The notes beneath the pieces were generated by a model. The model worked only from the letters and a program-made list of their open reading frames with translations. It was not told where the DNA came from and did no database searches. A program made the position numbers and the translations under genes. Below, piece by piece: positions 33,311-38,129 of a stretch of 38,129 nucleotides of DNA. Position 1 is the first letter of the stretch; each line of letters opens with the position of its first letter. Source of the DNA: a virus; IMG/VR virus record IMGVR_UViG_3300015369_000076, positions 1-38,129 of that record; one strand, given 5' to 3'.

Positions 33311-35621
33311 GATACCGGTAGAGGTCGATTCGTCCAAGGTCAAGTCTGGGATGAATTCAGCGGCGAGCAGTGTTGAGACAGCATCGCAGAAGATTACCGC
33401 GTCTACCAGGAAGGCGGCCAACAGTTCTCAGTCGGCGTTCTCCGGGATGGCCAAGAGCATCCAGAGCGCCTTTTCGAAGACTCTGATAGCAGTCTATGCC
33501 GTTATCAAGGCATTTTCTGTATTCAAGGAATCATTCAAGGTCATAACCGAGTTCGAGCAGGCGAATGCCGACCTTTCCACCATCCTTGGAAAGTCGACGT
33601 ATGCCATGCAGGATCTTACCGATTCTGCGAGGGACCTCGGTAGGACCACGGAATATACTGCATCCCAGGTCACCCAGCTGCAGACCGAACTTGCCAAGCT
33701 GGGATTCGACCAGAAGGAGATAATGGGAATGCAGAAGGCGGTTCTCCAGTTTTCGACCGCCGTCGGCGCGGAGCTGCCTGAGGCGGCGGCCCTCGCCGGT
33801 GCGTCTCTCCGCATGTTCGGTCTGGAAGCGAATGACGCAGAGGACGCCTTGGGGACCATGGCAGTGGCCACTAACAAGAGCGCCCTCAGTTTTACATATC
33901 TTCAGACTGCCATGTCTATCGTGGGGCCCGTCGCCAAGACGTTCGGGTTCTCCCTCAAGGACACTGTCACCCTTCTGGGGACATTGGCCAATTCGGGATT
34001 CGACGCCTCGAGTGCGGCTACGGCCACGAGGAACATTCTTCTCAATCTAGCGGATTCGTCGGGCAAGCTCGCCCAGTCTCTCGGAAAGCCTGTCAAGACT
34101 TTTCCTGAACTTATCGAGGGGCTGAAGAAGCTCCGTGACCAGGGGGTGGATCTTGCATCGGCTCTGGAGATGACAGACAAAAGGAGCGTAAGCGCCTTTA
34201 CCGCCTTTCTTGATGGGGCCGATGCCTCCAATGCCCTGAGGGATGCCCTTCAGGATGTGGATGGCGAGCTGGAGAGAATATCACGTGACAGGCTCAATAC
34301 TGTAGAGGGCTCAGTGAAGCTCCTTCAGTCTGCATGGCAGGACCTCATCCTTACCTTCAGTAATTCCAAGGGGGTTATCAAGGACACCATCGATACCCTT
34401 ACCAATGCCCTTATCAGTTTGCAGCAGCTTGTTGCCGGTGACAAGGGCTCCGGGGCGTCAATAGCCGACAGGGCCAAGAAGAACGCCGAGTGGTATCATA
34501 ACTATTTCCAGACTGATGCTGACATGTACAAGGCCCTTACGGAGGACATACAGAAGCAGCAGCACCAGGTCGATGTCCTTACGAAGACTGCAGGTACGGG
34601 ATTTACCCTTGACCGTGCGGCCAAGAAGGCGAGGAAGGAGCTGCCGGAGGCCCAGGCGTATCTGGCCGTCCTTCAGGAGACCCAGAAGATCCTTCAGGGA
34701 GTGTCCAAGGCTGATGCATCTGCGGCTGGCGCTCTGGGGGATACTGATACTGTTACGACTACCGGCCTGCCGACCCTGTCAAGCCCCAAGTCAAGTACGG
34801 TGAAGCAGCTATCGGCGGAGGAACTTAGCCGCGAGAGCATCAAGATGATCAGTACCCTTGACGAACTCGAGGCTGCATGGAACGCCGGAACTCTGGTATG
34901 GTCCGACTACATATCAAAGCTCTCCCAGCTCGCAGGTGCGAGTGCGGCTGAGGCTGCCGAGATTGCGAAGGCGGACAAGGAGGTTGCGGACGCGGACAGG
35001 GAGATGTACGAGCAGTTCCGTTCCATGAACGGCCTTGACGCCATAAACGAGGCTCTGGACGAGAACGGTCTGAACTATGAGAGATGGGCCCTGCAGGTCG
35101 AGAAGTCTGTTGAGCAGTTCCAGAAGGCTCAGGAGAAAGCCAAAGAGCTCGCATCCGAGTTCAATACTGCAGTTGCCTCAGGTGTGTCCAGCGCGGTCCA
35201 GGAGATGACTGACTCCCTGTTCGGGCTCCAGGAGTTCAACAGCGGGAAGATCTTCCAGGCGCTGCTTGACCCTTTGGCCGACATGGCGATAAAGGAGGGA
35301 GAGCTTCTGGTCGCGTCCGGTGTCGGTGTAGAGGCCATAAAGAGCGCTTTGGAGAGCCTTAACGGATGGGCGGCTGTTACGGCCGGTACGGCCCTGATAG
35401 CCCTTGGAGCGGCCGTTAAAAGCGGTCTGGCGGCTTTGGCGTCGACGTCGAGTTCCGCCGCGTCCAATACGACCGCGGTCGCAAGTTCCAACACGACTAC
35501 TACGACCACTTCGATGGAGAGGGAGCTGACCGTGAATGTCACGGGAACTCTCCAGGCTAAGGGGTCGACACTGATAACAGTTCTCAACAACGAGAAGAAA
35601 CGTGCTGAATACACTAACTGA
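33282..35621 (+). CDS. Tape measure protein (779 aa)
   Basis: Long Ala/Leu-rich helical protein after G/GT. The ATG at 33282 is preferred over the track start at 33195, which overlaps the T ORF. Confidence 0.85.
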   Translation: MAQQATSKLKIPVEVDSSKVKSGMNSAASSVETASQKITASTRKAANSSQSAFSGMAKSIQSAFSKTLIAVYAVIKAFSVFKESFKVITEFEQANADLSTILGKSTYAMQDLTDSARDLGRTTEYTASQVTQLQTELAKLGFDQKEIMGMQKAVLQFSTAVGAELPEAAALAGASLRMFGLEANDAEDALGTMAVATNKSALSFTYLQTAMSIVGPVAKTFGFSLKDTVTLLGTLANSGFDASSAATATRNILLNLADSSGKLAQSLGKPVKTFPELIEGLKKLRDQGVDLASALEMTDKRSVSAFTAFLDGADASNALRDALQDVDGELERISRDRLNTVEGSVKLLQSAWQDLILTFSNSKGVIKDTIDTLTNALISLQQLVAGDKGSGASIADRAKKNAEWYHNYFQTDADMYKALTEDIQKQQHQVDVLTKTAGTGFTLDRAAKKARKELPEAQAYLAVLQETQKILQGVSKADASAAGALGDTDTVTTTGLPTLSSPKSSTVKQLSAEELSRESIKMISTLDELEAAWNAGTLVWSDYISKLSQLAGASAAEAAEIAKADKEVADADREMYEQFRSMNGLDAINEALDENGLNYERWALQVEKSVEQFQKAQEKAKELASEFNTAVASGVSSAVQEMTDSLFGLQEFNSGKIFQALLDPLADMAIKEGELLVASGVGVEAIKSALESLNGWAAVTAGTALIALGAAVKSGLAALASTSSSAASNTTAVASSNTTTTTTSMERELTVNVTGTLQAKGSTLITVLNNEKKRAEYTN

Positions 35622-37372
35622 TGTCTTACGCCAAGCACTTCATATTCACCTTTGATGCTCTCAATGATGTCGAGTACAGCATTGAGATCTGGACTGACGG
35701 ATATGAGGGTGACGTGATCCGCCGGGCACTAGGGTCATCCCCGGTTCTCAGGCAGGAGAGGTCAGGTGTGGTGTTCGGCACCTCTCTGGAATTCGATGCG
35801 GAGACTATTGAGGATGAGGAGTTCTCTGTCCTTTATACCGGCTCGCCGACTGAGCATATGGTATACCTGTATGCCACTAAGAATGGTTCGACGGTTCTCA
35901 TGTTCCAGGGCTTTGTGACTCCGGAGCTCTATTCTGAGAACCATGTCGCGCCTCCCTACGATGTCCATGTCACGGCGACAGACTGTCTGGGGGAACTGAA
36001 GCTCTATGAATGGGAGGCTCAGGGCAGGATGGCGCTCAAGGATCTTCTTGCGGCCATCCTCGCCAAGACCGGCCTTGACCTTGAGCTGGAATACTTCACG
36101 ACCCTGTATGTCACAGGCGGTGGCGACAAGGCGGACTTCTGGGACGACTGCCATCTGGATCTTGACGCATACGCCGATGGCGACAATACGTACTATGACG
36201 TGCTCGAGGCGATATTGAATACCTTCCACGCCAATATAAGGCAGATGTATTCATATAGTTCGAACTCGTCGCAGGGCCTGAGATGGCAGATTCTCAGGGA
36301 GACTGACATGTCTGCTCTGATGAAGAGCGGATATATCCGCACCAATAAGGATGATACTCTGACGAGTACGCATACGAGCAGGTATTTCCAGCCTGTGGGT
36401 CTTGCAGATTCGTACCCGATGTGGGTGATAGATTACCTTACCAGGGAAATTGAGCCTGCCAAGTATCGTCAGGATATCCTCTGCCCGAACCAGTGGATAA
36501 GTCCTCTGGCATCGACCGAGGGTACCAACTCATGCTCCTATTTTTTTGCCCCTTACGCCAATTCGTACTCCGGCATGAAGCTCCGGGTGGTGATAGCTGC
36601 CAGGGGCGGCTCCGGAACGGTGGCGACGCAGTTCATGAAGGTGCAGATAACTCTCTACATGGCTACGTCGGTGCCCGTGACTTCAACCTCTGATATGGAT
36701 AGCTACTATGTCATGGATGCAAGTTCGGGAAGGATATCTACTACGCCGACTTACATATACATCAATGTCGATCCGGAGGGTTCCGGGGACGAGAGCGATT
36801 CGACCGAGTTCGAGATTCCCATCCAGGGGGCCAACAAGGCTGTAGCATATCACTGCTACGGGATAATGGTGGAGGCCAAGAGCAACGACGGGAGCAGCGT
36901 GATTGTCGACAGCATAGGGATATATCCTTACAACGATTCCCAGCCTGAGTGGCAGGGTATACTGAGGCTCAACAACGGCGCCCGTGGGAAGGCTGATGAT
37001 GTGGAGCTGGCAGTGACGGGCTCCGACGAGATCTATGACATGAGATATGGGCTCCATAATGCCTTGTGGTTCGGCGGATACGCGGTGAACTACGTAGGCT
37101 CTGATGCCATCGACTATATGAGGGCGCTCAGGTGGGCCCTCAGGGATTACGCCCTCAGTATAGCGGTTCCGCGTATACGTCTTCTCGGTAAGGTATGGCA
37201 GCCGTTCGTTTGCATGCCTTTCGGGCTCAAGCTGGCGGATATCTACTATGCTTTCGAGGAGTGGACCCTTGACCTCCGCAACAGCGAGCTGGAGTTCACG
37301 GCCCTCAGCCTCCCTGCAGTCACGCTTGACGTGGAGAGCGAAGTCATTAGGATTGTAACTGAAGAATCATAA
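35621..37372 (+). CDS. Distal tail / baseplate protein (Dit/Tal position, 583 aa)
   Basis: Its ATG overlaps the tape-measure stop (TGATG). Assignment is by position only. Confidence 0.5.
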   Translation: MSYAKHFIFTFDALNDVEYSIEIWTDGYEGDVIRRALGSSPVLRQERSGVVFGTSLEFDAETIEDEEFSVLYTGSPTEHMVYLYATKNGSTVLMFQGFVTPELYSENHVAPPYDVHVTATDCLGELKLYEWEAQGRMALKDLLAAILAKTGLDLELEYFTTLYVTGGGDKADFWDDCHLDLDAYADGDNTYYDVLEAILNTFHANIRQMYSYSSNSSQGLRWQILRETDMSALMKSGYIRTNKDDTLTSTHTSRYFQPVGLADSYPMWVIDYLTREIEPAKYRQDILCPNQWISPLASTEGTNSCSYFFAPYANSYSGMKLRVVIAARGGSGTVATQFMKVQITLYMATSVPVTSTSDMDSYYVMDASSGRISTTPTYIYINVDPEGSGDESDSTEFEIPIQGANKAVAYHCYGIMVEAKSNDGSSVIVDSIGIYPYNDSQPEWQGILRLNNGARGKADDVELAVTGSDEIYDMRYGLHNALWFGGYAVNYVGSDAIDYMRALRWALRDYALSIAVPRIRLLGKVWQPFVCMPFGLKLADIYYAFEEWTLDLRNSELEFTALSLPAVTLDVESEVIRIVTEES

Positions 37373-37377
37373 GATAT

Positions 37378-38129
37378 ATGGCAAAGCCTAAATATACTGA
37401 ACCGAAGAAGCGGAGGATAGGCAACGACCTCTCCTTTGCCTGGAGCATAACGTACAAGGACAGCGGCGACCCCTTCGACCTTGAGGGCCTCACCTTGAAG
37501 CTTACCCTGTGTCACGGCGACTATGAGAAGAGGATTCCCGTGACGGACTTCGACGTGGAGGAGAACGTCATCAGCTGGAAGTGGGCGGCCGCCGACCAGC
37601 CTGTCTGCGGAAACTGGTACGCCCTTCTGGAGAGCGTCGACGACGTGGGCGAGGCTCATACGGTCGACATGTGCATGATAATATGCCTCGTTCCCCACAC
37701 CTATATGGAGACTGACGCGACTGATACGTCGGTGGATGTGGAGACTGTGGAGCTTAGTTCCGAACTGCAGGAGATCATGAGGGGCTATTCGGCCTACGAG
37801 ATCGCCGTGCAGCAAGGCTATGAGGGGACCGAAGAGGAGTGGATAGAGTCGCTTCACGCCAAGTGCCTCTGGGAGAGGGGTGGCGGAAACAATTCCCTCG
37901 TCGCAAAGAACAGCAACGCCGAAGCCCTGGGGGCTTTCGCCCTTGCAAGGGGGTACATCCCCCTGCTGCCCGTGACCCAGCAGCCCTACGGGACAATCGA
38001 GGCTTCGGGGGTCGCATCCAGGGCGGAAGGCTACGTCAACAACGGGGCGTCGATAAAGGCCGAGGGTGACGGGTCGAGTGCGGGCGGATGGACGGGGACC
38101 GGTTTCATCCAGGCATCGGGCGCCGGGTC
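37378..38129 (+). CDS. Tail fibre protein, 5' part (continues at nt 142 after the terminal repeat; the whole gene is 37378..38129 joined to 142..592)
   Basis: Hand translation from ATG 37378 is open to the window end. It contains the fibre motif SAYEIAVQQGYEGTEEEWIESL. Confidence 0.75.
   Translation, partial: MAKPKYTEPKKRRIGNDLSFAWSITYKDSGDPFDLEGLTLKLTLCHGDYEKRIPVTDFDVEENVISWKWAAADQPVCGNWYALLESVDDVGEAHTVDMCMIICLVPHTYMETDATDTSVDVETVELSSELQEIMRGYSAYEIAVQQGYEGTEEEWIESLHAKCLWERGGGNNSLVAKNSNAEALGAFALARGYIPLLPVTQQPYGTIEASGVASRAEGYVNNGASIKAEGDGSSAGGWTGTGFIQASGAG
37989..38129. repeat. Terminal direct repeat copy B (identical to 1..141)
   Basis: Base-for-base identity with nt 1-141. Confidence 0.9.

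Larger units (their letters stand above)
1..38129 (+). mobile_element. Complete temperate tailed-phage (prophage-capable) genome, circularly closed contig
   Basis: Full set of integrase/attP, repressor, replication, packaging, HK97-type head, tail, fibre and lysis genes. The ends overlap by 141 identical nt. Confidence 0.9.

Noticed and set aside
1-38129. A second VR (remote DGR target) elsewhere in the genome
   Set aside because: By eye, no other copy of cagggcacgcggtatcgcc or of an ...RARGIAA-like C-terminus was seen in any ORF translation. A formal blastn-short of the TR against the genome is needed to be sure.

Overview
The window is one complete, circularly closed genome of a temperate tailed phage. 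Nt 1-141 are identical to nt 37989-38129, leaving about 37,988 bp of unique sequence. The phage looks siphovirus-like, with an HK97-type head module and a long tape-measure gene. Almost all genes are on the + strand; only the integrase and a CI-like repressor are on the - strand.

Gene order:
- Tail-fibre gene spanning the circular junction (37378..38129 joined to 1..592).
- A 501-aa fibre shaft made of about 39 uninterrupted heptads (623..2128), followed by a small ORF.
- A complete diversity-generating retroelement (DGR): variable tail protein with a C-terminal VR, a GC hairpin, an Avd-like ORF, a TR and a reverse transcriptase (2448..5647).
- Holin and amidase endolysin.
- A two-gene accessory (moron-like) block with its own promoter-like motif and terminator.
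- Tyrosine integrase (-), then attP made of a tRNA-Ser(CGA) 3' fragment flanked by GGTTTAACTT arm repeats.
- HTH repressor (-), divergent early operon and an Xis-like HTH protein.
- Replication module: DUF2800 nuclease, many small ORFs, a tRNA-like element, DUF2815 SSB-like protein, family A DNA polymerase, VirE-type primase/helicase, an iteron-rich AT-rich spacer, VRR-NUC and an SNF2 helicase.
- Packaging: HNH endonuclease, an HKD/PLD-like protein, terS (P27 family) and terL.
- Morphogenesis: portal, prohead protease, HK97 major capsid, connectors, major tail protein, G/GT chaperones with a -1 frameshift on an A9 run, tape measure and a distal tail protein.

The most interesting system is the DGR. 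A 67-nt VR/TR pair differs at 8 positions, and every one is a TR adenine.

The weak or absent Shine-Dalgarno sequences, the TAnnTTTG motifs and the integrase type suggest a Bacteroidota host. This is a low-confidence inference. All family assignments come from motif reading by eye; no database search was run.
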